Assembly: GCF_001194135.2 (NCBI RefSeq)
Contig: NC_068984.1
Coordinates: 112,338,537 to 112,377,498, forward strand
DNA length: 38,962 nucleotides
From: Octopus bimaculoides
Taxonomy: Eukaryota
Direction of reading: 5' to 3'
The position numbers were made by a program, and so were the translations under genes. Positions 1-11,754 of the stretch are shown one piece after another (position 1 is the stretch's first letter; every line of letters begins with the position of its first letter). Below the pieces are notes generated by a model that saw nothing but the letters and a program-made list of their open reading frames with translations, made no database searches and had not been told where the DNA came from.

Positions 1-198
1 TGATATGTGAAGTCACCCACCATGTCTGTGTGTTGTTGTTGTTGTTGTTGTTGAAAGAGAACTTTCTTGTTGTGTCACCTCACCATTAGGAAGATATTTT
101 TTTTGTCTTTAATTCTAGAGATTCAACAGTTGGTACAGACAGTTCCTTTCTTTGTTGTTGACAAAGGAAGGTGAACATTAAGTCATAAAAGAAAAATT

Positions 199-227
199 AT
201 GATAACAATTGTGATAACAATAACAAC

Positions 228-259
<32 letters not shown>

Positions 260-476
260 TGATGATGATAATACTACAAAATAAAAATGACAATAAAATA
301 AACAGCTTAAATCTTAGATATTTTCTTTTTCGCATTGTTTTCCATATCAGAATAGGATTTGTTTTTAGTTCTTTTTTTTCTTTTATTTTCACCCATTTAT
401 TATTTATTTATTTATTTATTTATAAAAGTTGTAAATTTGTCTTAAGTACAATAAAGAAGGGGGTGAAAAAAGAGAC

Positions 477-512
<36 letters not shown>

Positions 513-520
513 ATGAAAAT
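199..520. repeat. (AAT)n/(GAT)n, (TTTA)n and (GA)n microsatellites
   Basis: Directly visible. Confidence 0.9.
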
Positions 521-678
521 ACAAAGAGGAGGAGAGAAAAATCAATATGTTGGAAAATGAAAAAGGGAAAAACTAAATGTATAATTTAGAAAAACAATTG
601 ATAAGAAAAAAACAGATTTTTAAAATAAAATCTCTGTGTGTGTGTTTGTAAGTCTATGTGTAACATATATATATATAA

Positions 679-714
<36 letters not shown>

Positions 715-2048
715 NNNNNNNNNNNNNNNNNNNNNNNNNNNNNNNNNNNNNNNNNNNNNNNNNNNNNNNNNNNNNNNNNNNNNNNNNNNNNNNNNNNNNN
801 NNNNNNNNNNNNNNNNNNNNNNNNNNNNNNNNNNNNNNNNNNNNNNNNNNNNNNNNNNNNNNNNNNNNNNNNNNNNNNNNNNNNNNNNNNNNNNNNNNNN
901 NNNNNNNNNNNNNNNNNNNNNNNNNNNNNNNNNNNNNNNNNNNNNNNNNNNNNNNNNNNNNNNNNNNNNNNNNNNNNNNNNNNNNNNNNNNNNNNNNNNN
1001 NNNNNNNNNNNNNNNNNNNNNNNNNNNNNNNNNNNNNNNNNNNNNNNNNNNNNNNNNNNNNNNNNNNNNNNNNNNNNNNNNNNNNNNNNNNNNNNNNNNN
1101 NNNNNNNNNNNNNNNNNNNNNNNNNNNNNNNNNNNNNNNNNNNNNNNNNNNNNNNNNNNNNNNNNNNNNNNNNNNNNNNNNNNNNNNNNNNNNNNNNNNN
1201 NNNNNNNNNNNNNNNNNNNNNNNNNNNNNNNNNNNNNNNNNNNNNNNNNNNNNNNNNNNNNNNNNNNNNNNNNNNNNNNNNNNNNNNNNNNNNNNNNNNN
1301 NNNNNNNNNNNNNNNNNNNNNNNNNNNNNNNNNNNNNNNNNNNNNNNNNNNNNNNNATATATATATATATGTATGTATATATGTATATAATTTGTATATA
1401 TATCCAAATATCCTCACACATACATTTGCATGTGTGCCATGCACACACACACACACTCACGCACAAACATGTATGTATACTCAGATAGATGGAAAGTAAA
1501 ACTACATTTTCAGTGTTCCCACACACGCATGCATTCACATATACACACTACATAGTTCCAGTCTATAGTTCCCCTGCAAATGCTTACTGATATGTGCATC
1601 TATGAATCTCTGTGTCTCTCTCTCACGCATGCACACACATACACAGATAGATATAGATATGTATGTTCTTATATCTTTTTCTTAGCATTTTTCTCAATGA
1701 ATGATCATAGGAATGGTAATGATGATAGTGACAAAATGTCAATTGCTTAACCATTCTTTAAAAGATGCAAGGAAAACAACAATATAAATATTACAACACA
1801 ATAAATACACTATTTTTTTTTTTTTACGTCTCAGTTACAAGGATAGAAGTATTCAGTCATTCATTTATCGTTAACCTCCTCCTACTCATCATCATCTCCA
1901 TCATCATTATCTTCATCATCATCATCATCATTTTAGCAGCTCCTTCTTCCATGCTTGAAAGGATCAGACAAGAATATGTTCAGTGCCAAGGTTTTCTATT
2001 GCTAAATGTCTGTCCTTTCTCTAATCCTCACCTATTCCTAAGCAAGGT

Positions 2049-2681
2049 TGTTGTTGTTGGCACTCCGTCGCTTACGACGTCGAGGGTTCCAGTTGATCCG
2101 ATTAACGGAACAGCTTGCTCGTTAAATTAACGTTCAAGTGGCTGAGCACTCCACAGACATGTGTACCTTTAATGTAGTTCTTGGGGATATTCAGTGTGAC
2201 ACAGTGTGACAAAGCTGACCCTTTGAATTACAGGCACAACAGAAACAGGAAGTAAGAGTGAGAGAAAGTTGTGGTGAAAGAGTACAGCAGGGTTCGCCAC
2301 CACCCCCTGCCGGAGCCTCGTGGAACTTTAGGTGTTTTCACTCAATAAACACTCACAACGCCCGGTCTGGCAATNNNNNNNNNNGGCTGAGCACTCCACA
2401 GACATGTGTACCTTTAATGTAGTTCTTGGGGATATTCAGTGTGACACAGTGTGACAAAGCTGACCCTTTGAATTACAGGCACAACAGAAACAGGAAGTAA
2501 GAGTGAGAGAAAGTTGTGGTGAAAGAGTACAGCAGGGTTCGCCACCACCCCCTGCCGGAGCCTCGTGGAACTTTAGGTGTTTTCACTCAATAAACACTCA
2601 CAACGCCCGGTCTGGCAATCGAAATCATGCTCCTATGACCATGAGTCCACTGCCCTAACCACTGGGCCATTGTGCCTCCAC
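2049..2681 (-). mobile_element. Family D tRNA-derived SINE, full length (internal 235 nt doubled by assembly), 12-bp TSD
   Basis: Minus-strand head has A box TGGCCCAGTGG and a decayed B box, with an (AAC)n tail. TSD CCTAAGCAAGGT at 2037-2048 and 2682-2693. Homologous to 7150-7524. Possibly one of the octopus tRNA-derived SINEs of Ohshima and Okada (not verified). Confidence 0.9.
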
Positions 2682-3130
2682 CCTAAGCAAGGTAAGGTAA
2701 TAATAACAGCAACAAAAAATACAAACCTAGTAACATTTCTTGTGTCTTGTAGCAGTGTTATGGTTCTGGCAACATTATGGTTCTGGCACTGTCATGATGA
2801 TATTCAGTATTATTGCATACATTCAGATTTTATCTATCATCTCTCTCTCTCTCTCTCTGTCTGTCTTCTCCGCCACATTGAATAGTTAAGAGGGGTTTGG
2901 CTGCTGTTTCTAGTAAATTGTCTGGTTCCATAGTGGTCCTCATGTTTGCCAATATCCAATATTGGGATTGAATAAACACCAGAATTGTCTCATAGCGTTC
3001 TTTGTCTTTCTCTTTCTCTTCTTAACAATGAGATGCATCTCTATTGTGTGGAGCTCAATTTGAGACAAAGAATAGACCTCCATCTAATATTTGTGGAAAG
3101 TCTTTAGTTCCCCTAATCCTCCTCTCCTTT

Positions 3131-3745
3131 AATCCATCCATTCGTCCATCTTCTCTACCACTATTCTTGTGAGGATCATGGTGGGTAGAGTCCTCTGGCA
3201 CCCCTGTGATAGGGTCCTTCCAAGAACAATCATCATTAGACTTATTCGTGGGTTCTCAAGCATGACCAACTAAGACTATGGATATCACCCAACCGTCTTG
3301 TTCTTAGTCTACCGTTAGGTCTCCTCTCAATTGTCTTGGCTTGAAGAAGCCATAAAGCTGTCTGGCAATTGTTTCCTGTGATGTTTTAATCATATCTGTA
3401 GTATTGGAGCTGTGACCCCTCAACAAGGAGAAGTAGCAGCCACTCTAGGGAGACTCTCTCATCTCCATGATATGCTTGCTGCCGAGTAACATTCCTCCAG
3501 AGATTCTTCAGAATAACCCTATTTTGGTCACATGTATTCAAAATGGTATTCTTTCAGTCATAACCATAAGTGAGGATAGGCACAGGGCCAAACAGAAGAT
3601 AGCAAGTTGGGCTTTTTTTTAGCAACCCTTCCTCTTCTGAGGGCCAAATGCTGGACCTGGTGCATTACTGTGCCAGTATCTGCAATTCTAGCATCCAGTT
3701 CGAACACCTCTTCATTAATGGTAAGACAAAAATAAGAGTTTGCAT
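3131..3745 (-). mobile_element. RTE-clade (Expander/Rex3-like) LINE, degraded 3' RT fragment
   Basis: Frameshifted minus-strand peptides ELDARIADTGTVMHQ, PVPILTYG, VMTERI and RRPNGRLRTRRLGDIHSLSWSCL match the C-terminal part of RTE reverse transcriptases. Ends in a (GATG)-like tail at 3131-3150. Confidence 0.85.
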
Positions 3746-3769
3746 CATTCATACAGATGCTTCTTTCTA

Positions 3770-4041
3770 CCATCCTCTTCATTATCTTCATCACTATCAT
3801 TAACATTGCTATAAATTTTCCTCCCCTCCTCCTCCTAATTATCATCATCATCAGCATCCTTCTCTTCCTCATCATTATACCCTCCACATCATCATTGCCA
3901 TCATCATCATCATTGTTGTTCTCTTCTACTTCCTCCTCCTACTCATCATCATCATCATCATGAATATCCTCTTCTTCATCCTTCTCTTCCACCTCCTCCT
4001 CCAACTCATCATCATCAATCATCATCATTATCAAGATCCAC

Positions 4042-4073
<32 letters not shown>

Positions 4074-4095
4074 TACCATCTTCTGCATCATAATA
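3770..4095. repeat. (CAT)n/(CCT)n low-complexity tract (similar tracts at 1885-1932, 10490-10770 and 12130-12430)
   Basis: Directly visible. Confidence 0.9.
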
Positions 4096-4589
4096 TTCCT
4101 TTTTCCAAACCATTTGTTTTTTTTTTTTCATTTCATGAAAGCTACAAAACTAAACAAAAAACAAAAAAAAATGTTTCTTTAGTTTCGTACCTTATATATG
4201 GAAAAAAAAAAGAAAACAAAACAAAAAAATAAATAAATAAACAACAGACAAGCTACATGTGTTCAACAAGCAAACAAACAAAACACACTATGCAAAGAAT
4301 AAAAATAAAAAAAATTCTCCCCCAAATTAACTTATAAATCAATTATATCTAACTGTTTACAATCAAATTAACGATTGAACATAATTGGTATTGCACTCAC
4401 TCAATATCTTTCTGCTGATTGCTTTGAGCAGTCAAGCTACTGGACCTCCAAACGATATTAGCCATTTCTTCGCAATTTTGTTATTGTATTTTTTTCTTGA
4501 AAAATTGGCAGGAATTCAAAAGATAGGTGGTTGATTTTTCTGTCTAGCTAGCTTGCCTTGCTCATTTTGTTCTTCTCTTTCAGTGTTTG

Positions 4590-4607
4590 AAGATATATAT
4601 TATATAT

Positions 4608-4641
<34 letters not shown>

Positions 4642-4717
4642 TACACACACAAATGCATTCATACATACATTCATACTTATACATATATAATATAATAAAT
4701 ATATATATATATGCATA

Positions 4718-4750
<33 letters not shown>

Positions 4751-4794
4751 CAGTACACACACAAACATATTCATGCATACATTCATACTTATAT

Positions 4795-4850
<56 letters not shown>

Positions 4851-4982
4851 NNNNNNNNNNNNNNNNNNNNNNNNNNNNNNNNNNNNNNNNNNNNNNNNNN
4901 NNNNNNNNNNNNNNNNNNNNNNNNTATATATATGTGCGTATATATATATGTGCGTATATATATATGTGCGTATATATATATA

Positions 4983-5015
<33 letters not shown>

Positions 5016-5033
5016 GCATAGGTGTGTTTGTGC

Positions 5034-5083
<50 letters not shown>

Positions 5084-5085
5084 GC
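4590..5085. repeat. (TA)n/(TG)n compound microsatellite with gap and an imperfect ~110-nt duplication
   Basis: TATCAGTACACACACAAA..CATACATTCATACTTAT occurs at about 4636-4680 and 4748-4792 with several differences. Confidence 0.85.
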
Positions 5086-5411
5086 AGTGTTTGTATAACC
5101 ATTTGTTTTTTTCATTCATTTTCATTTTTTTTTTACAATCATGTGCGGTTACATAAATATATTATTAAGGCATTGTATTTTCACACAGCTGGAAGGCCCT
5201 TTGTATTACTAACCCTTATAAATTTTCACAAGCTGGAGGTTAAGGGATCTGATATTTCACACACCTCCAAAGGCACAAAGCTAACAAGCAATTTATTGAC
5301 AGAGGAAAATGACAACAATATCACTGCTTGTACGTAGCAATTTTCTAGAGAACTACAAGAGTAAATACTCACACACTCATGTACACACATGCACATACAT
5401 ACATACACACA

Positions 5412-5529
5412 GAGGCTTCTTTCAGCTTCTGTCTACCAGTTCTGTTCATGAGGCTTCAGTTGGCCCAGGGCTATAGCAAAGACACTTGCCCAAGGTGACA
5501 TGCAGTGGGACTAAATCTGAAACCACATG
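5412..5529 (-). mobile_element. Family B SINE, degraded 5' fragment
   Basis: Matches the family B CORE-like segment (ACACTTGCCCAAGGTG on +) and GCTTCTTTCAG. Confidence 0.75.
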
Positions 5530-5587
5530 TTTATATATGCATGTATGTTTGTTCATATATATATATATATACATATATAAATAATGC

Positions 5588-5875
5588 AGAATGGGACAAG
5601 AACGCAAAACATCCAGACAGTTAGGTGAAACAAGAAAGGGACAACAAAACATCCAGATAGACGATACAAAGAAAACAAGGACAGGTCCTTCGGAGTTTTC
5701 TTGCCTCAGTCGAGATCCAGATTATCCTTGCAATTTCGGCTGATTATTCTCGATATTGCTCCATTGTGGCCAGCCCCAAGCAAAAACTAAGCTAAGAGCA
5801 TTAGATTCCTTGGAAGAAAGCAGTGAATGTATACAAATACAAGGTTGGACAAAAAACGAACAATGTTACACAACT
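5588..5875. repeat. Unclassified repeat-like segment with an internal direct repeat
   Basis: GGGACAA...CAAAACATCCAGA occurs twice (about 5595-5619 and 5638-5658). The segment is flanked by (TA)n on both sides and retains CpGs. Single copy in the window, so its repeat status is inferred. Confidence 0.35.
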
Positions 5876-6264
5876 ACAATATATATATATATATATGAAG
5901 TAAACATAAATGGCATTTAAAATTTACAACAGCTGTTTCGACAGAGTTTTACTTATTTAATACAGCTATAAAGTGATTACATAATAAATAATCCACCATC
6001 ATCAGATATGTATATATTAATGTTTGTTTTTACATTAAACTGAAAGATTACCCAGTGTTTTTTAAAGAGTACATATTTATTGTCATTTTTGCAAGAAGAC
6101 TGGTGACAGTGACTTTGTGTGTATATTTGGCTTTATTCCTATATTCCTATTTGGCCTTCCCCCAAAGACCCCAAAGATATGCATCTTCACATCTGGGTCA
6201 GAATGCAATATTGATGTACAAGTGTTTAAGGTAATATAAAACATGAGGCCCTAATATCTAAGTT

Positions 6265-6315
<51 letters not shown>

Positions 6316-6409
6316 ATTGTTGGAAATTCTTTTATTCCATTTTACAGTTTTCAGACAATTGCTGTATTTGTTTCATACAAACAATTACTTGGAATAGATN
6401 NNNNNNNNN

Positions 6410-6456
<47 letters not shown>

Positions 6457-6474
6457 TACATATATATATACATG

Positions 6475-6507
<33 letters not shown>

Positions 6508-7149
6508 TAGGTCAACATTTAAAAATATGTTTGGACATGTTACTGTGGATATGTCATACTGATGTGGCGTGTGTGTGTGCGTGTTTACATATAGAGAATG
6601 GGAGATGTTTTGTTGTGCTTTTTTTTCTGTAATAATTCTGCTGTTGAAAGCTCATTTTGTGGGGTGGGGTGGGGTGGAGGTGGAGAGGCAACCAAACTTT
6701 GCTCTAGTAATTATTGTTATATAATACTTGCTTCTCTCCAAAACCATTCTCAGTTTGATACATGGGGCTATGAAGATTTTCACTTGCTGTTATTTAACCT
6801 AAGGTCAAACTTGATTCAGTTAGACCCATGATGCAGGGCTTTCAAGCTTAATTCATCTATGATCTACCACTCATAAAGCTTTTGTCTTTTCAAGAAGAGT
6901 GAGTCTAGCAGTACATTAGTCACTGTGTCTTATTTTATACCAGCTCAGAAGTCCACATAGAGTGTGGCTTTTAAGCTAGCTCTTGTGGAGGGCGAATAGG
7001 GCCTGCAGTCCAAAACTATAGAGGGCAATAATAATAAAGCATTTATTGGTACCCTACCAATATGGTATTACTTTAAAATCAGTTTAAATGAAAGACTTGT
7101 TAGTTCACAAATTTTGGGAATTCTTTTAAAATTTGAATTTTCATCTGTT

Positions 7150-7524
7150 GGCACTCCGTCGCTTACGACGTCGAGGGTTCCAGTTGATCCGATCAACGGA
7201 ACAGCCTGCTCGGGAAATTAACGTGCAAGTGGCTGAGCACTCCACAGACACGTGTACCCTTAACATAGTTCTCGGGGATATTCAGCGTGACATAGAGTGA
7301 CAAGGCTGACCCTTTGAAATACAGGTACAACAGAAACAGGAAGAAAGAGTGAGAGAAAGTTGTGGTGAAAGAGTACAGCAAAGTTCACCACCATCCCCTG
7401 CCGGAGCCTCGTGGAACTTTAGGTGTTTTCGCTCAATAAACACTCACAACGCCCAGTCTGGGAATCGAAACCGCAATCCTATGACCGCCAGTCCGCTGCC
7501 ATAACCACTGGGCCATTTTGCCTC
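7150..7524 (-). mobile_element. Family D tRNA-derived SINE, full length, 8-bp TSD
   Basis: A box TGGCCCAGTGG and B box GGTTTCGATTCC on the minus strand. TSD CATCTGTT at 7142-7149 and 7525-7532. A 3' hairpin GTTCC-A-GTTGATCCGATCAAC-GGAAC is present. Collinear with 2049-2681. Confidence 0.92.
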
Positions 7525-8491
7525 CATCTGTTAGCATATAACACATCAGCATTAAGACCTGATCCCAAAACTGGAAGTTCAAGAACCTAATGAAGAGCAA
7601 ATTTTCAATCCTCAGGATCACCCTGATTCCAAAACGGTATAATATGTCTATGTAGAGAAAATATAAACTGAAATACTGGTGTCCCAGACAGATGGACAAA
7701 CAGAATTTTGCGTTTATTAATATAGAACATAGTAAGATATGATGTGAAGAAAAATGTCTTCATTATGTATAGAAGGTCATGCTACCCTGTTGAAGTGCTC
7801 CCACCTCTCTCTCTCCCTCTCTTTCCTCCTCTCTCCTACCCCCTCTTTCCTACCCCTCTCTCTCTCTCCCCTCTCACTGACTTTGAGATTCGTTTAGTTT
7901 AGACTGATGATAGAATTAGTGATAGAAAGACAGAGAGTAGCTAAGTAAAGAGAGTGTGATAGAGAAAAGAAAGAGTATGAGAGAGGGAGATTGAGGGAGA
8001 GAGAGAGAGGGAAAGAGAATAAGAGATGAGTGTAAAACAGAAAGTAAAGAGAGATAAAACTAATTAAAAAGGCATTTGGTGATCAACAGGTGCTAAAACT
8101 AGCATTATGTTTTTTATACCGGAATTTTACCTCACCTTTTATGTTTCAAATAAACCGTATCAAATTAGGTTTACATTGAATTTTCAAACGAAATTAAATA
8201 ATATCCAAACATTTCAAAAACTCCAGCTGAGGCTTTTGAATGTTTTCCAACATACAACCAGGGGAAAACAGTTTATGTCAGCATTAGAGAGGGATTTTTT
8301 TTTTATTTTTGTTTTGTTTTTATTTATTTATTTTTTTTTTTTTTAGGGGGAAGATCAGCTGTTTGTTTATCTCCCTGAGGGGCATTCACAATAAAATAAA
8401 GCGGATCTGACTGGGAAGTTATAATTGCTCTTTCAGTTTTGTCTCGCTAGAAACTTATTCGTATTCCATGGAATAATAATGATAATAATAC

Positions 8492-8710
8492 TCATCATCG
8501 TCATCATCATTTAATGTCTGGTTTCCATGCTGGCATGGGTTGGATGGCTCGACAGCAACTGGCAAGGCTGGGGACCACACCAAGTTCCATAGTCTGTTTT
8601 GGCTTGATTTCTACAGCTGGATGCCCTTCCTAATGCCAACCACTTTACAGAGTGTACTGGGTGTTTTTTAAATGGTACCAGCATCAGTGCTATCTATGTG
8701 GCACCAGCAC
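8492..8710 (-). mobile_element. Family C (RTE-type LINE 3' end), older copy
   Basis: (CAT)n then TTTAATGTC..TTTCCATGCTGGCATGGGTTGG and TTTCTACAGCTGGATGCCCTTCCTAATGCCAACC, shared with the other family C copies. Confidence 0.8.
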
Positions 8711-9004
8711 TTAATAATAATAATAATAATAATAATATGATAATAATAATAATAATATGATAATAATAATAATAGTAATGATGATGATAATAATGNNNNN
8801 NNNNNNNNNNNNNNNNNNNNNNNNNNNNNNNNNNNNNNNNNNNNNNNNNNNNNNNNNNNNNNNNNNNNNNNNNNNNNNNNNNNNNNNNNNNNNNNNNNNN
8901 NNNNGATAATAATAATAATAATATGATAATAATAATAATAGTAATGATGATGATAATAATGATGATAATAATATGATGATGATAATAATAATAATAACAG
9001 TAAA

Positions 9005-9559
9005 TTCCTTGATGCAGTACCAGGTACTGGTTCTCATGGTTTCTGACCTTAATTGATTGGAAGTATTATCATGTACATTGTTTTGTCTTGGTATAAAAGA
9101 TGGGCTACAGCAAATATTCTGCTCAATACCACAGATTTGCTTGTCAGTTGTTTGACCTTAACCAGTTGAGCATATCCCTTGGTGGCTGATGATATGTGCA
9201 TCTCTGATCACAAGCAGAAGTAGTGGGGGTGCATCATAGCCATGTGTTCAGAGGAATTCTTTGGGGTTTGAATAATTCATCTCTAGAAACATGGGTGTTT
9301 CATTCTTTATCCTTAAACAACCCTTATTCAGGGACCTTTTGAACAGAATGGGCTGCTTGACTTAAGAAAATTCTAACTGGGCCCCCACCTGCAAGGTCAT
9401 GCACTGTTTATCTTGATATGAGATCACCAGGTTGTGCACATATGATTGTGATGCATGTGCCTCATGTTTCCTTCTCAGACATGTCGTCATTCTGGCTATA
9501 TAGGGCTTTGTATATTTTAACACTGTGTCACTTTGATGGCATGCACTGCTCTCTCACTC

Positions 9560-9592
<33 letters not shown>
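9005..9592 (+). mobile_element. Family E unclassified retroposon-like element embedded in (AAT)n
   Basis: 9250-9560 is the reverse complement of 14087-14405. Ends GCTCTCTCACTC(AAT)n. Both copies have (AAT)n-type tracts on both sides. Confidence 0.75.
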
Positions 9593-9807
9593 CCTTTCTA
9601 CTAAAGGCACAAGGCCTGAAATTTTGCAGGGAGGGTACGAATCAATTACATTGACCCCAATGTTTCACTGGTTCTTAATTTATCAACTTCCAAAGGATGG
9701 AAGGCAAATTTGACCTTGGCAGAATTTGAACACAGATCGTACAGATGGATGAAATGCTGTTAAAAATTTTTCCTGACTTGCTAATGATTCTGCCAGCTTG
9801 CTACCTT
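9593..9807 (-). mobile_element. Family A tRNA-derived SINE
   Basis: Reverse complement of the family A consensus (GCTGGCAGAA..TTAGCA..GTTCAAATT..GCCTTTCATCCTT..GGCCTTGTGCC..TAGTAGAAAGG). Its tail is shared with family E. Confidence 0.85.
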
Positions 9808-9832
9808 AATATTATAATGATAATGATGATGA

Positions 9833-9977
9833 TTTGTAGGGAGGGGTCCAGTGGATTATATCAACCTCAATGCTCAACTGGTACTCATTTTATCAAACCT
9901 GAAAGAACCAAAGGCAAAGTCGACCTTAGTGGAATTTGAACTCAGAATATAAAGACAAACGAAATACCGCTAAGCAT
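9833..9977 (-). mobile_element. Family A SINE fragment
   Basis: GGCAAAGTCGACC..GGAATTTGAACTCAGAA..GAAATACCGCTAAGCAT on +. Confidence 0.8.
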
Positions 9978-11061
9978 GATTATTATTATTATCATTATTA
10001 TTATTATTATTATTATTATTAGTGTCAACTATAGACAAGTTAAATGTATGTAGGCGGGGAGAAAAAAAAATGAGATATTCATATGCAAATATTTCTCATG
10101 GAGTATATTACTGTAAGGGAGAAAGAAATGACATCAACCTTTTACTGAAACAAGTTTGTGAATGAACTTATTTCAGCAGAAGGTTATCATTGGCTGTAAT
10201 GTATTAGCAGCAATAATAACGTTAACAATGGTAGCAAAGATTATCATTCAAACGCTATGTTTGCATCCCACTGGGCTCGTACATGTCAGTGACATTTCGA
10301 AATAATGACCACCATATTCATATACATACATATACACANNNNNNNNNNNNNNNNNNNNNNNNNNNNNNNNNNNNNNNNNNNNNNNNNNNNNNNNNNNNNN
10401 NNNNNNNNNNNNNNNNNNNNNNNNNNNNNNNNNNNNNNCACACACACATACACACACACACATACACACACACACATATATATAGCCAGTCATCACCACC
10501 ACTACTATCACTACCATCATTGTTGTTGTCATTAGCATCGTTGTTGTCATCGTCATCATTATTGTCATCACCTATATCAGCACCACCTCATTGTTGTCAC
10601 TGTCATCCTTGTCCCCACTGCCACCACCATCTCTCTACCACTGCTGCCACCTTTTCCTCCTCCTCCTCATCATCATCACAATCATAATCCACCTCATAAT
10701 CCTTGTTATCTTCATCATCATGATCCTTATAATTAAAAGAAAAATTTAAATAAGTCATCATCATCATCATTACTTTTTATTCATCTCATTCATCAACTCC
10801 TGCTGATTGCCTATGCACTGCTCTCCACTTCAGTTTTGTTTCACCTGCTCCCATCTACTAATGAGATTCACTATTTGTTTTCTTTTTCCAGTGACATCGA
10901 AAGCGCCCTTAACATAGAAAATTTATATGTGTTCACTTATGTTATCTACAAAAGATATATACAATGTAGTGTATATAATATATAATATAATAAAATATAA
11001 TATGTATCTGTGTGTGCATGTGTAGAAATTTAGTATACACAACTGAGACTATATCAAATTA

Positions 11062-11432
11062 AAACAAGAGCACTCAGAGAGCACAAACCTCTGCCAAGGC
11101 AACACCGAAGTCCTCTCGTCGATTAGCCAGAGATGATTTTTAAAATGAGAATATCTGAAATAAACTTGACTGCTCTCACAAATGAAAAGACTGAAAATGA
11201 ACCTGACCACTCTCAAAAATTAAGTAAAAAAATAGGTAAAATAATCAATGAATCCTTGTCCAGTACCAGATTGATCCCAAAATCTAATCAGTTTGTGCCA
11301 GTCATGAGGTCAAACATCCCTGAAAGTTTCATCAGAATCCATCCTGCAATTCTTGAGATATCATATCCACAGACAAACAAGCATACAAACATGACTGAAA
11401 ACAATAGCTCCGTCTTAAGGTGGTGGTAATAA
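11062..11432 (+). mobile_element. Non-autonomous Helentron-like (HINE-type) element
   Basis: Starts AAACAAGAG, carries subterminal ACCTCTGCCAAGG, has an ACAAAC-type short repeat near the 3' end, and ends GAAAACAATAGCTCC...AAGGTGGTGGTAAT. This resembles the known HINE layout of subterminal inverted repeat plus 3' stem-loop, here degenerate. Confidence 0.5.
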
Positions 11433-11684
11433 CCATCTTTCAAGAATGTGCCCCAACATGGCCAGAGTCTATTGACTGAAACTAGTAAACGATAAAAAAT
11501 ATGTATCATAGTTAATGTATACACATGATTGATAAGCTAATTACTGTTATATTTGTCCAGAGATAACATCTGTTATGGATGTCCTGTGTTTAAAACACAA
11601 TAAATATCATCAAATGAAAATTCATACCCACAGTAGCTAACAATTAAACACTGCTTCAGTTGCTTATACTATATTTTTATTCAG

Positions 11685-11754
11685 TCTGGCAGCTGTTGGC
11701 AACATCAGTGAATATTTTATTAACTTTTTCCAATGTCAAAGGCAATGACTGGTT
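11685..11754 (+). other. Candidate 70-nt non-coding (5' UTR) exon, possibly of Mef2
   Basis: Unique sequence bounded by ATATTTTTATTCAG| and |GTAAGT on the Mef2 strand. No transcript evidence. Confidence 0.3.

Noticed and set aside
119-170. Possible 52-nt exon (T-rich acceptor, AAG|GTGAAC)
   Set aside because: The donor is weak and there is no transcript support.
2385-2619. Apparent tandem duplication of the family D SINE interior (copy of 2140-2374)
   Set aside because: Identical including private variants and separated by exactly 10 N, typical of unmerged overlapping contig ends.
4401-4465. Minus-strand mini-ORF MANIVWRSSSLTAQSNQQKDI ending at a GA|GTGAGT donor
   Set aside because: No recognisable homology and no partner exon found. 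Such matches are expected by chance. The surrounding 4330-4570 unique sequence could still be regulatory or UTR.
5189-5329. 141-nt + strand segment with AG/GTACGT boundaries and an open frame (GRPFVLLTLINFHK...)
   Set aside because: No similarity to a protein I recognise. It lies upstream of a Mef2 ATG that has an in-frame stop before it, so it cannot extend Mef2.
6096-6230. Segment with two open frames ending at AAG|GTAATA
   Set aside because: Weak AAG acceptor and no recognisable product.
6661-6683. GGGGTGGGGTGGGGTGGAGGTGG, a potential G-quadruplex
   Set aside because: Only three full G-tracts, and indistinguishable from ordinary simple repeat.
8711-8998. AAT/GAT pattern repeated on both sides of the 8796-8904 gap
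   Set aside because: Cannot separate a true tandem repeat from an overlap artefact.
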